Source: Nageia nagi (Eukaryota > Plantae > Pinophyta). Taken from it: a stretch of 64,000 nucleotides of DNA. Within the stretch, counting starts at the first letter, position 1, and each line of letters starts with the position of its first letter. A model generated the notes under the pieces. That model did no database searches, was not told where the DNA came from, and saw only the letters and a list, made by a program, of their open reading frames with translations. A program made the position numbers and the translations under genes. The stretch covers positions 434,001-498,000 of the forward strand of contig JBITNC010000002.1 in assembly GCA_050084985.1 (NCBI GenBank), given 5' to 3'. Below are positions 40,479 through 52,366 of the stretch, one piece after another.

Positions 40479-40899
40479 AGTACCAATATGCCTAAAGTCA
40501 CCACCTTCAAAGAAAGTGATATCCAAAATGTCAACAGAGGAGTCTTAAACACAAGGAGTGATTCAGATTTCAGGATAGAAATTTTGGTAATGGTCGAAGA
40601 ATTGTTGCAAAGACTCCTACGAACCTGCCAAAATGCCAAAAGCATCATCTATATATCTTTTGAAAAACAAGAGCGGGGACAAGTCAACCACGTCTGCGAG
40701 TTGTTTTTCAAGATGACAAAGGAAAATGCAGGCATAGACAACCGTAAAATTACTTCCCATAGCCATGCCTCGGATTTGATGGTAAAAAGAACCATTAAAA
40801 TCCAAATAATGCTCAAAAAGCATAAATTCTGCTAAATTCATAATCAGTTCCATAATCCCTAGGTCAAGTTTATTGACAATGAGGAAATTCTGCTAAACT

Positions 40900-41960
40900 T
40901 GTTTATGATTGGATTTGTTGCAAAAACTTGTTTATGATGATCAACAAATTGGAAGAAACATCAAATTTCTTTGAGAATCAAACATTATCGCCTAATAAAA
41001 CATGTATTGGGTTAGAATTAATTTAAGGCCGAAGCCTTTGAAAAACTCCTTAGTGTCTTTGTCCCCAAATACAACTAGTGCAATTGTGCTTGAACTTGAG
41101 CTCGTCAAGCTTCATAATATTCTACAGTTGAAGTTTATGCTTAGTAAGAGCCATTTCTTACTATATAAGTTCACTAAAAGGATTTATATCTAGCTCTTGG
41201 GAGAGTTTAGCATGCTCTCGAGTCAAGGCCAAATTAGACCATTTTCAAAATTTGAACAAAGCACCATATGATTGCAAAAAATGGTAATTCTTTGAATGGC
41301 CTCCTCCCACCAAGAAATCCACTCTTCCTCTCAAACAAGTGGAGAAATTAGGTTCAAACTCATTGAATAATAGTAGGGTATACCAGAAAAAAAGAAGTAT
41401 TCATAATAAACTTAGACCTAGAAGATCATGGGGAATTAGGCTCCCATAGAGTTTCAAACCGGATGGCAATATGATCAAGAAAAAAATTGAGAACAACTGG
41501 AAAAGGTAATTGAGGATCAAAATGCAATGGGGATAGCTAGAAAGCATAGCTCTATCAAGTCTCTTTTGTAATCTTCCAACTCCCTATCGAAAATTTGACC
41601 ACATGTGCCAAATAGCAAAGTTGCATTGATATTTTGCATTTGAGGAATTAGAGTCAAAATGGCCAAGGGCTTGCTTGAAAAAAAGCTATGCCTTCCTCTC
41701 CCCTATACACCAATTTTGAGGAATACATTTAATCTTATCATTAGAGTATTCCACAATGTTGAAATCACATAGAAGGTTTCTTGCTAACCATCTCCAACAA
41801 TATTCTCCAGCAACATTGGGAATAAACATTAAACAACTCTAGGTAATGGTTATCGAATCAAAAAGGGTCCTTATAACATTGTTAGCTTGAGTAACTCCCA
41901 CGGAGATAAGTCTATTTTACCATGCAAAGGTGAAGAAGTTAAGACCACCACCTTTCTGTA
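40900..41960 (-). mobile_element. Heavily decayed L1/Tx1-type LINE fragment (endonuclease to linker)
   Basis: Minus-strand QKRLDRAML, LDH and GDKDTKEFFK motifs. Confidence 0.6.
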
Positions 41961-42769
41961 TTGTATGCAAAGCATGTACAAAATGCCTATGGGCCCATAT
42001 TCATATACTAACTACTTGCAAATAAAAATCCAATATTTAACTTTTTGTAAACACAAAAAATCAAGCTTGTCGAAACATTTTCAACACCTCTCTACCAATA
42101 TACTTACATGAGGCATCATATGTTGAAGTTACAACCCATTCCAAGCATGATATTCCAAAAACTTTGACTCCCCATTTCCAACTGGAGAAGACATGTTCGG
42201 TCAACTCAACCGATCAACCCAGCATAACCAGTCAATCGGTTTCATAGTCACAATCCTACTAGTTAGTCCAACTACTCTGTAACATGTTGATTCGTACTGC
42301 AAAATAACACATGTGTTTTCAAATTCTTTAACAAGATGCACGATAATATGGTATAGTAACAATGCCAAATTTGATCTCTAGGGGTTGCTGCAACAATACC
42401 AAATTTGATCTCTAGAGGTTGCTGCAACAGAAGTTGCAGCCTCCTCTGAAGAGGTCATGATTAAAAACCACCTTCAAGTAGAGTATACTATTAATGTAAA
42501 GATAAAACGTATTAACTCTGTTAATCCAAGATAAGAAGTATCACCTCTTCTCCTTCAGTTGAGCTCTACTTGTTGTCTCATTTTCTTTTATTTTAGAGCT
42601 GTCACTCTTATGTTTATTACAAGCCCCTCAACTTGAGATTCCTCAAATAGATCAGGATCTGATACTTCTCAAATCAAAGATCCATAAACCTAAAACAACT
42701 TACTAGCCTATAAAGCATAAAAGCCTAAACAAAGAAAAAACAAACCTAGAACAATATAATTTAACTATT

Positions 42770-43720
42770 GCTCCTGTCCTTTGCCTTAATCGACTCCCTT
42801 TTCTCCTCTTCATCAGTCTACCTCAAGAATTCAGCTAAGTCCCTGATGTGGACAGCCAACTCTGCTCCTAGAAAGTTCATGCAAGTCATGATGGTCCGCA
42901 AGGCGTGGGACAAGTCCGACAATAGTTTGTGGTTGATTCTGACCTCATTAACCGTGAGCTTCCAAAGTTATGCTACCGACTCTTCCTCCTTCCCCGCTAC
43001 AGCCCTTGGAGGGGTAGGGATTCCGTTTATGGATTTGCTGCCTCCTCAGACGATGTTGCCTCCATTACCTTTTCCACCTTCTGCACTTCGCCCTGCCTCC
43101 TTTTCCCTTACTGCCTTCTTAATCTCTTCCGTCCTCTTAGCAAAGGGTTTCGCTAACTCGGAATCCTCCTAGTCCGCTCCCTCACTGTATTTCACAATCT
43201 TCTTCTTAAACCCCTTATTAATTAGTGCTGACCTACAAAAGCCTTTAGTCAACCCTGCTCCTCCAAAATAGAAACTTTCTTTTTTATATTAAGAGGAACA
43301 TTATCCTCGTCATCCTCTGACTCTAGCACCTCTTCAACCACCACCTCCTTCCCTTTTGCTGGTTCAGTCCCTTTATTCCCAGCACCTAGCAGCAACTGCA
43401 TTTATGAAACCAGGAAACCACTTTTCTTAAGAGTTTCCCCTCCTTTCTTACCTCTCTCCTTCTCCAGCATATGACAGACAATCAGCTTGATGAATCCTTC
43501 GTGCAGCGGCAACTTCCGCTTAGCCATTTTCACCTTATTGATTGACTTCTCCAAGTCTTGAAACAAGAAGGCTGGGCAGTTAACCAGTTCATTATAGCGA
43601 ATAGAATTCAAAATAGTAGCCAAAAATTTGCAGATACTTACCTCATACGTCAGATACTTCATAACTACCTCTGCAACTCTGTCCCAAGGCTTGGGAAGGC
43701 TAAGATATTTTGGAAAGTAT
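42770..43720 (-). pseudogene. Decayed retrotransposon accessory ORF (conifer-type)
   Basis: LPKPWDRVAEVVMKYLTYE...LNSIRYNELVNCPAFL...PLHEGFIKLI followed by a charged low-complexity tail. Confidence 0.55.
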
Positions 43721-44306
43721 ACAAGTTAATACTCATTGCTCACCTGTATTGTGTGTGTGTCTAACTACACCGACAAGATAGATGTGCTTAAGGCCCATAA
43801 CCAATAAAATAAAATTAGTTTAATACAGTTCACATTAATTCTGAGATATGCCTTGACAAATCAGTCAAAGATCAACAGGAAGCACTAATGACTGCTAAAG
43901 AGACAATTTACGAACAAATAAACAGCACTGTTCAACAGTCTTGAATAAAAAACACATCCATTCATCTTTAAAATTGATCTTATGGTTCATTTGATGGGGA
44001 TGGTAACTCAGCAGATCAGCTCCCATGGTTCCAGACCACAATGTCAAAGGTTCAAATATGTAAACAATGGGAACTATGTTGCAACATCAATATCATGTTC
44101 AGAGGTCAACTGGTGGACAAACACGATACACGTTTTGGAGTTCCATTCTTGGTAATAGTGGGTATTTTAGATGTGCAAAGCAACACTAGAACTACTCAAA
44201 AACCATGCCCATTCTTACAGAAGAATTTCAGATCATCAATATTGAAATAAAAAAAGAAAAGCAAATTTGATAGGCATAAAAATACGGAAAGAATATTTGT
44301 TCTGAC

Positions 44307-45590
44307 CTGAGGCCATCTGCCACCACCATGGGACACAAACTCTGCACGAGGAAGTTGCTGAGCTATGAGATCTCCTTCTCTCTGCCAATCCTTGGACCAC
44401 TGACTTCCCCACACTATTTGGACAGGCACTTCTTTCATCTCATTAGAATTTGCCCAAGCCTGAGGATCAAAGCTAGAATTTGCCCGACCTGCAATCTCCA
44501 CAATAGCCCTAGCACCACTCTTAGTCCTCCAGAGAAACCCGTGGGCCTCTGCTGCATTCACATCGATGTTCTTTGAACAACACATTTTAAGTAGGCCAAG
44601 TTGAAAGAAGGTCAAACGGGTCACCAAATCCCTGACTCCCGGAACCTTCAGAATCCAAAGGGGCAAAGATGGACGATGTGGGGTAGCATCGATGAGAGTT
44701 ACGCTGCGAACTAGTGATGGATTGTTGGCAGCCCAAATAGCACCAGACTCGAACCCAGAATCATGCACAACCAAATGAACTGGCCCAAGAGCTAAGGATT
44801 CAATTACCTGCCCCAAACTCTCGGCCAATTCCTCTGCCCCACAGTCAAGTACTTGGTAGCTTTTCCTAACTCTAGGTTCAAGCGCAACATGAGGAAGCTC
44901 CCCTGTTTCAATGAGATGATCAAATCCCCAAAACAAGCCCTTCTCTCTGATTTCAAGATACACATCCCTTATCCTCCCAACAAAACCGGGCCATCTCCTC
45001 TCATTCCCCAAGGCAATTTTTTCCGAAAACCCAGAACCAGGCAAGTCCGGTGCAACAGCTCTTATTCCCCTTGAAGCCAACATTGATATAACATGCCGGA
45101 AAGCAAAAGAACTTCCCCCAAAACCATGAAGCAGAACTACGGTTTCAGCATTATCCCTGGGACCTTCTTCTCTCACAAACAATTGGATAGAATTCCTTTC
45201 TTCCCCAATCTGGACTTTGATCATTTTTCCCTTGTTGTAATGTGAACGCAAGTCTTGGGGCATGCTTAGGAACTCTGCTTTCTCGTCTTCTGGATTGATA
45301 AGAGAAGAAGCTATCACGAAGGCCAAAGTAACTACAGAAACCATGCCCAGAAAAAGTGCCCAGAAAATAAAGACATTTGGAGCAGATTTTTCATCTCCTG
45401 CTGTGGGGTTTTTGCTGATATCAGAATTTAAATTACGTTCATTCCTTAAATGCTTTCGGTTTCTAAGTCCCTGTTCTTTGCTTTCTGATTCTTTGTGGGT
45501 ATTTAGAATCGTCTGACTCTCTTCTTGTTCATGTTGTTTCTGTGGAGAGTGAGGTTGAATCTCAGTTATTCCACTGTTGTTGTCCTCCAT
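44307..45590 (-). CDS. AXR4: AUXIN RESISTANT 4-like ER membrane alpha/beta-hydrolase-fold protein, exon 1 (428 codons)
   Basis: Intact ORF with an N-terminal TM helix, then FLSMPQDLRSHY..G..IKVQ, ETVVLLHGFGGSSFAF, DLPGSGFS, EKGLFWGFDHLIETGELP, PVHLVVHDS, GGRWPQ, collinear with Arabidopsis AXR4 as recalled. First in-frame ATG is 45590 (45599 is GTG). Phase-0 donor CAG|GTCAGA at 44307/44306; the ORF-track tail after WPQ is intron read-through. Confidence 0.93.
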
Positions 45591-46485
45591 GTTTTCCACT
45601 CTGCTATTCCCTGGTACAGCTATAAGAAAAACCCATCGTCTGCCAAATATGATAGTTTTGTGAAGCCTCGTATGATACTTTTGTAAAGCCTATATGGCAG
45701 TTTCATATGTTCTGCTCAGGATATCTGACATGGCTAACTGGATTCCATCATTCCTAGCATTTGGAGCTCATGGACTTTGTTTTCTACACCAGTCTGAGTG
45801 CTCTCTTTTCGTTAAGGTCGATTTCTGTTAATGTGACGATTGTTGAGGCATGCACCGGATTACTTCTGAATTTGGCTTTCTTCCGTTGAATTAAAACTAA
45901 GTATATGTATTTTTATTTTTGTTAAAAATAATCATTTAAATATATACAAAATATATATTTATTTTTGGATAAATTTTGATAGATCTTATAAATTATTAGA
46001 TTTAAAAGATGATAAAAGATATCATTCATTCATCCAATAGTAATTTAATTGAAAAACATGATTAATTTTATAATGAATATTAGAAATTAATATTTTATAA
46101 ATTAGATATCAAAATTATATATATTGAGTATGGAGTTTGATTTGGTTAAGATTTAAGTCTTGTTCACTCTTATTTTTAACTAGTCAATTAATCAATATGT
46201 TATTCTAATTGGTATGTCGGTCATTCAATCGGTATGTCGATTAGGTCTTGATGGCAGTGGAGGCGTTACATGCATTATGATGGTAATCGAGCTTGATGTA
46301 GTCAATCCCTATTTCGGCAACCGATCTTATGCATGTCGGTTAGATAACAAAGAGATTAAACTCCAAGTTCAGAAGTCAAAATCATGTCTCATCAAGCCTT
46401 AATTTCATAGTTGGGGGTTACAATCATGGTAGAACATTACCCCACAAATTCTTTGACCATTTTTGGGTTAAATTGGGATGGTAGC

Positions 46486-49400
46486 TGATCTAAAAATTTG
46501 GATCCCTTCAACATTCAGTAATCTCCATTTCAGTGTGTTCAGTGTGATCGTCTTGTCTTCAGCTTTCTGACGCTTCTTTCGGATCGAAAATCTGAGTCCA
46601 TATGAGGAAGTTATGGCCCTAAGTCCAGTTTGTGTATATTTATAAAAAAAAATCAAAATCTGGTGGGACCCGCCCACCACCATGGCAACCCCGTGGGAGC
46701 CCAGGCAACCTACCAACGTCTGCCACCCGCCTGCCATCATGGCGTTGACCGGTTGACCATGACCAACCCACGCGCAAGCCGCCAGCCATCTACACACGTA
46801 ACCATGTCCGCTGCCTGTCCGCCATGTAAGACTGCCACACAGACCGCCTACCCAGTCAGCAAGCCGCTGACTATTTGACCTGTTGATCATTTGACTTTGT
46901 TCCAGAGCATGCCATGTGTCAGCACCACAGCGCATCCACCTAGTTTTGGAGTATTTTAACGTATTTTGGTGTTTCTAAGGTTTTTTGGTGATTTTTGATT
47001 CTTTTAAGGTCCTATTTTTGGGCTGAGTTTATCTAGTAAGCCTGTAACAGTCCAGAGAGCATGTTTTTCAATTTTAGAGCTCGTTTTTGGAAGATTTTGG
47101 TAACCATTTGAGCCCAAATTTGGCAAGAAGATCAAGGAGGTTAATGGGTATCTAAAAATTTTTTTTTTTTTCCAAACTTCTTAGTTGTAATTCTCTCCAA
47201 TTTTAGCTCCAAAAATTGTATAAAAGGGGAGCAAATTGGACAGAAGAGGGAAGAGGAAGGATTTCGGGAAGTGTTTCAATTTTGTTGTGATTTTCAGAGC
47301 TGAGAGTGTTTTGTGAATGTGAGAGGAGGTTTTGGAGGACCTTGGAGGCCTTGTCAAGTGATTCCCCCATTGATAGTAGAGAGCTTTTGAGCTGGATGTA
47401 GCCCGCATTGGGTGAACTAGGATAAATTTTGTTTGTCTCTTCTATGGTGAATGTTATTCTCTTCTCTGTGTTTACAAGTTTATTCCTAATTTTCCCTTAC
47501 AAGCACTTAATTATTTTAAGTGTGAAATGATCCATTTGGCAAGGTTAAATTGAAATTTTTAATCTTATGGTTTATGGATCAAGTTTGGTATCAGAGCAAG
47601 TTGAATCATTGGGCTAACCTCTATTTTTGAGATTGTTGTTGGTGTTTGGAAAGTGTTCTTGGATGCATACCAAGTCACAAAGTAAGAAGGGAGAAGGAGA
47701 ATTAGTGGAGGAGGATCCAAAAATTGGTTCTAGAGTTTGGCAAAAGAAGCAAAGAGAGCTTGAAGCCATGGCCAATGAATGAGGGTCTAATGTGGAGAAG
47801 CAAATTGTCGATCTCTCCACAATGTTCCAACAAATGTCTCTTCAATTCCAACACTTGCAAGAACAACAATACAAGAAAAATGAAGGTGAAACTAATGAAA
47901 GTAATAAAATTGACAATGATGTTACACATAGTGTTTTTCATAGTTCTCCTTTGAAATTTGAAGTTAAATTTGATTTGCCTACTTTTATTGGAGAAGTAAA
48001 TGCTGAGAAATTAGACCATTGGATTAAACAAATTGAAGTATATTGTAGAATACAAAGAATTGTAAGAGATGAGGATAAAATCCAATTGGCAACTCTTAAA
48101 ATGAGTGGTAATGCACTTGTTTGGTGGGAAAGTTATTTACAAAGTAAGAATGAATCTATTCAAGTTTGTAAAGCTTCTTGGACTCATTTTGTACAATTGC
48201 TTAGAAATCAATTTTATCCTTTGGGTTATCGGCAAAAGGAAATCATGGATCGGCAAACTTTTCATCAAGGCAAAGGGAAAAGTGTGCAAGAGTACACTAC
48301 AAAATTCCGAAGAAGAGCTACAATGCTAGGTATTCCTCTTGATTCCCAAGATACTCTTCTTAAGTATATTGGTGGTTTGCACAATTATTTAAGACATACC
48401 ATTTTGATGTTTGATCCAAATGATTTGGATAAAGTTTGTGTACAAGCTACTCACTTAGAAGAAAGGGGAAAATTTGTTAAGGATGGTAAAAAGAACAATG
48501 CTTCCAATAACAATAGTCATAATGATAAAGGAAAGGGGAAAAAGAAAACTATGTCCACTACACAAAAGTCTAAAGATGTATGTGCACATTGTCAAAAAGA
48601 AGGTCATTTAGAGGCTAAATGTTGGAAATTGCATTCTGAATTACGCCCTAAACCTAAAAGTCAAAGAAAGCAAATAAATATTGTTACTTGTGAAATTGAA
48701 GATGGTTCAAATGTAGATGAGAAAATGACATGTATGGCTTTGCATAATACACCTAATGAAGATGAGGAAAAGAAGAAAATTGAACTTTTTCACATCAAGG
48801 TGCAAGTTAAGAAGACTAGGATTGATACATTGTTTGATTTTAGATCTCAAGCTAACTTAATTGCAGAAAAGTATGTCAAATCACTTGCACTCACTACTCA
48901 ACCCCATCCAAACCCATATCCATTGGGATGGATTAATAACAATTCAAAGTTGAAAGTGACACAACAATGTAAGTTGTAATTTGGGATTAACAAGGATTAC
49001 ATTGATGAAGTTTTACTTGATGTTGTTCCTTTGGATATTTGTGGAATTGTGCTTGGTAGTCCTTATCTATGGGAAAGAGATGCTTTATTCTATAGAAAGG
49101 AAAATAAATATAGACTCATTAAAGATGGAATTGAATACATGGTTAGTGCTCATCAAAGCAAGAAAAAGGATATTCTTTGATTACTGCAGGACAAGAAAAG
49201 AAGCTAATCAATGGACAAATGTTTATACTTGCAATGGTGAAATCTCAAGATGAAGTGGAAAACATAAAGGCACTTAAAGATTGTGAACCACAATACAAAG
49301 AAGAAGTTAAAGAGGTAATTTCTGAATTTGAAGATTTATTTCAAGTACCTAAAGAACTTCCACCTAAAAGAGATATACAACATGAGATTCAATTACATCC

Positions 49401-51700
49401 TGATGTTGCACTTCCTAATATTGGCTTGTATAGAAATTCTATTTTAAAAATGAAAAAATTAAGAAACAAGTCAAGGAATTGTTAGATCAAGGAGTCATTA
49501 GACCTAGCACATCACCATGTGGATCTCCTATTGTTATAATTCCAAAGAAAGATGGAACTTGGCAAAGTGTTAAAAAATGGAGGCACTATTTGGTAGGTAA
49601 AGAGATAATAATACATATAGACCATCAACCCTTGCAATATCTTCGATCACAATCTAAGTTGCAACAATCTAGGCACTTTCGTTGGATGGGATTTTTGCAA
49701 CAATTTCATTTGGTGATTAAGTATAACAAGGGTACTCAAAATAAAATTACTGATATGTTGTCTAGGCTGCCAATAGTTGCTAATGCTATGATTCTACAAA
49801 ATAGTTCTTTGATGCATGACGGGTATAAAGAACAATATGTGGTTGATCCTGATTTCCAAAATGTCTATCAAAGATTGAGTCTTGGTAATGAGGTTGGAAA
49901 TTATGACTTTCATTTGCATGATGGATTACTTTTTCATTTGGGCAAACTTTGTATTCCTAATGGTGAGAGGAATGATTTGATTAGGGAAGCTCATACTTCT
50001 CGTATTTCAGGACACTTTGGTGTTGGTAAAACTCTTGCTAATCTACAAAGGTATTGTTATTGGCCTAAAATGTAAGAAAATGTATCCAGGTATAAAGAGA
50101 AGCATGATCATCATCATATGGATCATAATTTTCAGGTTGGGGATCAAGTATGGCTTCATCTCAGCAAGGAGAGACAGCATGGTAAGGGAAGGAAGTTGAA
50201 ACCCATAAGGTATGGTCCATTTACCATTATTGGTCAAGTTGGGGATAATGCATTTTGGTTAGACTTACCACCTTATATGCAAATATATTATGTTATTAAT
50301 GTTGAGAACTTGAAGTTGTATGAACCAACCTTAGTTGCAGAAGATACAGATGTCATGTTATCGTCAATTAAGGATTTAGCCCCCGAGCACATGAACGTGT
50401 TAGTTGAGGATGCAGTATTGGAAAAGAAGCAACAATCATCTCGTAGTGGCATACATGAGGTGTGGTGTATTGGAGTGAAGGACCAACATCCACATAAGGC
50501 CAAGTGGTATGTAGTTGATCGGGTGAGGGAGCTCTATCCTCACCTTATTCCATCATCCTAAATGCTTTTGGGGACAAAAGCTCTCTCTTAGTGGGGAGGA
50601 ATGATCTAAAAATTTAGATCTCTTCAACATTTAGTAATCTCCATTTCAATGTGTTTAGTGTGATCATCTTATCTTCAGCTTTTCGATGCTTCTTTCAGAT
50701 CGAAAATTCGAGTCCGTATGAGGAAGTTATGGCCCTAAGTCCAGTTTGTGTATATTTATAAAAAAAAAAAATTCAAAATCTAGTTGGACCCGCCCACCAT
50801 TGTGGCAACCATGTGGGAGCCTAGTCAACCTGCCAATGTCTGCCACCTACCTACCACCGTGGTGTTGACCAGTTGACCATGACCAACCCGCGTGCAAGCT
50901 GCCAACCGTCTGCATGCGCAACCACGTCTGTTGCCTATCCGCCATGCAAGACTACCACATAGACTGCCTACCCAATCAGCAAGCCGCTGACTATTTGACC
51001 TGTTGATTGTTTGACTTTGTTCCAGAGCATGCCATGTGTCAGCACCACAACGCATCCACCTAGTTTTGGAGTATTTTAACATATTTTGGCATTTCTAAGG
51101 TTTTTTGGTGATTTTTGATTCGTTTAAGGTCATATTTTTGGGCTAACTTTATCTAGTAAGCCTGTAACAGTCTAGAGAGCATGTTTTTCAGTTTTAGAGC
51201 TCGTTTTTGGAAGATTTTGGTAACCATTTGAGCCCAAATTTGGCAGGAAGATCAAGGAGGTTAATGGGTATCTAAAAATGTATTTTTTTTCCAAACTTAT
51301 TAGTTGTAATTCTCTCTAATTTTAGCTCCAAGAATTGTATAAAAGGGGAGCAAATTGGACAGAAGAGGGAAGAGGAAGGATTTCGAGAAGTGTTTCAGTT
51401 TTGTTGTGATTTTTAGAGCTGAGAGTGTTTTGTGAATGTGAGAGGAGGTTTTGGAGGACCTTGGAGGCCTTGTAAAGTGATTCCCCCATTGATAGTAGAG
51501 AGATTTTGAGCTGGATGTAGCCCACATTGGGTGAACCAGGATAAATTTTGCTTGTCTCTTCTATGGTGAATGCTTTTCTCTTCTCTGTGTTTACAAGTTT
51601 ATTCCTGATTTTCCCTTACAAGCACTTAATTATTTTAAGTGTGAAATGATCCACTTGGCAAGGTTAAATTGAAATTTTTAATCTTATGGTTTATGGATCA
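46486..51700 (+). mobile_element. Ty3/gypsy element with both LTRs and internal deletions (LTRs 46486-47581 and 50602-51700; PBS 47586-47597; PPT 50590-50601)
   Basis: Perfect TSD GTAGC; TGATC..GATCA ends; TGGTATCAGAGC; gag (CAHCQKEGHLEAKC), protease-like LFDFRSQAN, RT start, RNase H end, integrase zinc-finger region and GPF/Y tail. Confidence 0.97.
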
Positions 51701-51705
51701 GTAGC

Positions 51706-52366
51706 CCTCCTATAAATTGAGGGGTTTGGATTGAGGATATAATGTAGTTTTGAGAGCTTGTAGTTTATGGGTTTGATGTTGTTCTTGATTGAGAGTTTGA
51801 GAGATGTGTAGTGAGGTTATGCTTTGACTCTAAAGGAAGGGTTTGTAACAAGGTTATGTTATTGGTTTGTTTCTTAGAACACTTTGAAAGTTGATGAATA
51901 CAAGGGTTGAAAGCTTATCCATGGATGTAGCCTACAATAGGTGAACTACGTTAATCTCTTGTCTCTCTTAGTTGTATGTTTGCTTAGTGTTTTTAATCAG
52001 TATCTTGTTATTTATTTTGCCAAGAAGTATGATTAAATGCTCATGTTTATATGAAAATGTTAAAACCTAATAAGTGGTATCAAAGGTTGTTTTGTTGGGT
52101 TGCTTGGTGAATCTTGTCTGTAGATTTGGACCAAGAGGAGCAAATGGCATAAGAAGGAAAGCTAAAGGTGAAAAGATTTAATTGGAAAAGTTTTCAATTT
52201 TAGAAAATACAATTGGCATACTACCTCTATCAAAAGGACCCCTATCAACCTCTTAAAGAGAAATCAAAGAAACCCTCATCCATGAAAGATGAAGAGTGGG
52301 ATTTATTAAATTTAACGGACAAACTTTCCAAAATATATGAAAAGCCATTTGCATCAAATAAGGTAT
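51706..52366 (+). mobile_element. Ty1/copia 5' LTR part, PBS (52075-52086) and gag start; the LTR probably begins near 46200 and is split by the gypsy
   Basis: TGGTATCAAAGG; MA*EGKLKV...YLYQKD...KKPSSMKDEEWD...LSKIYEKPFASNKV (Tnt1-like gag). Confidence 0.75.

Larger units (their letters stand above)
37740..40897 (-). mobile_element. Penelope-like element RT remnant (pieces 40479-40897 and 37740-38104) split by a solo LTR
   Basis: FNGSFYHQIRGMAMGSNF...FKRYIDDAFG...VDILDITFFEG..F..IG | TLSTRCFKKPTN..YFP..SWHP...KSFILSELK*Y...FFQRLRARSF. Confidence 0.88.

Noticed and set aside
44196-44306. C-terminal 36 aa of the 467-aa ORF as real protein
   Set aside because: It starts at a GT donor exactly where AXR4 similarity stops and is T-rich intron-like sequence.
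46468-47408. Short ORFs in the gypsy LTRs and other small antisense ORFs in the track
   Set aside because: They lie in duplicated LTR DNA or antisense to TE genes, are not kept intact between LTR copies, and show no recognisable domains.
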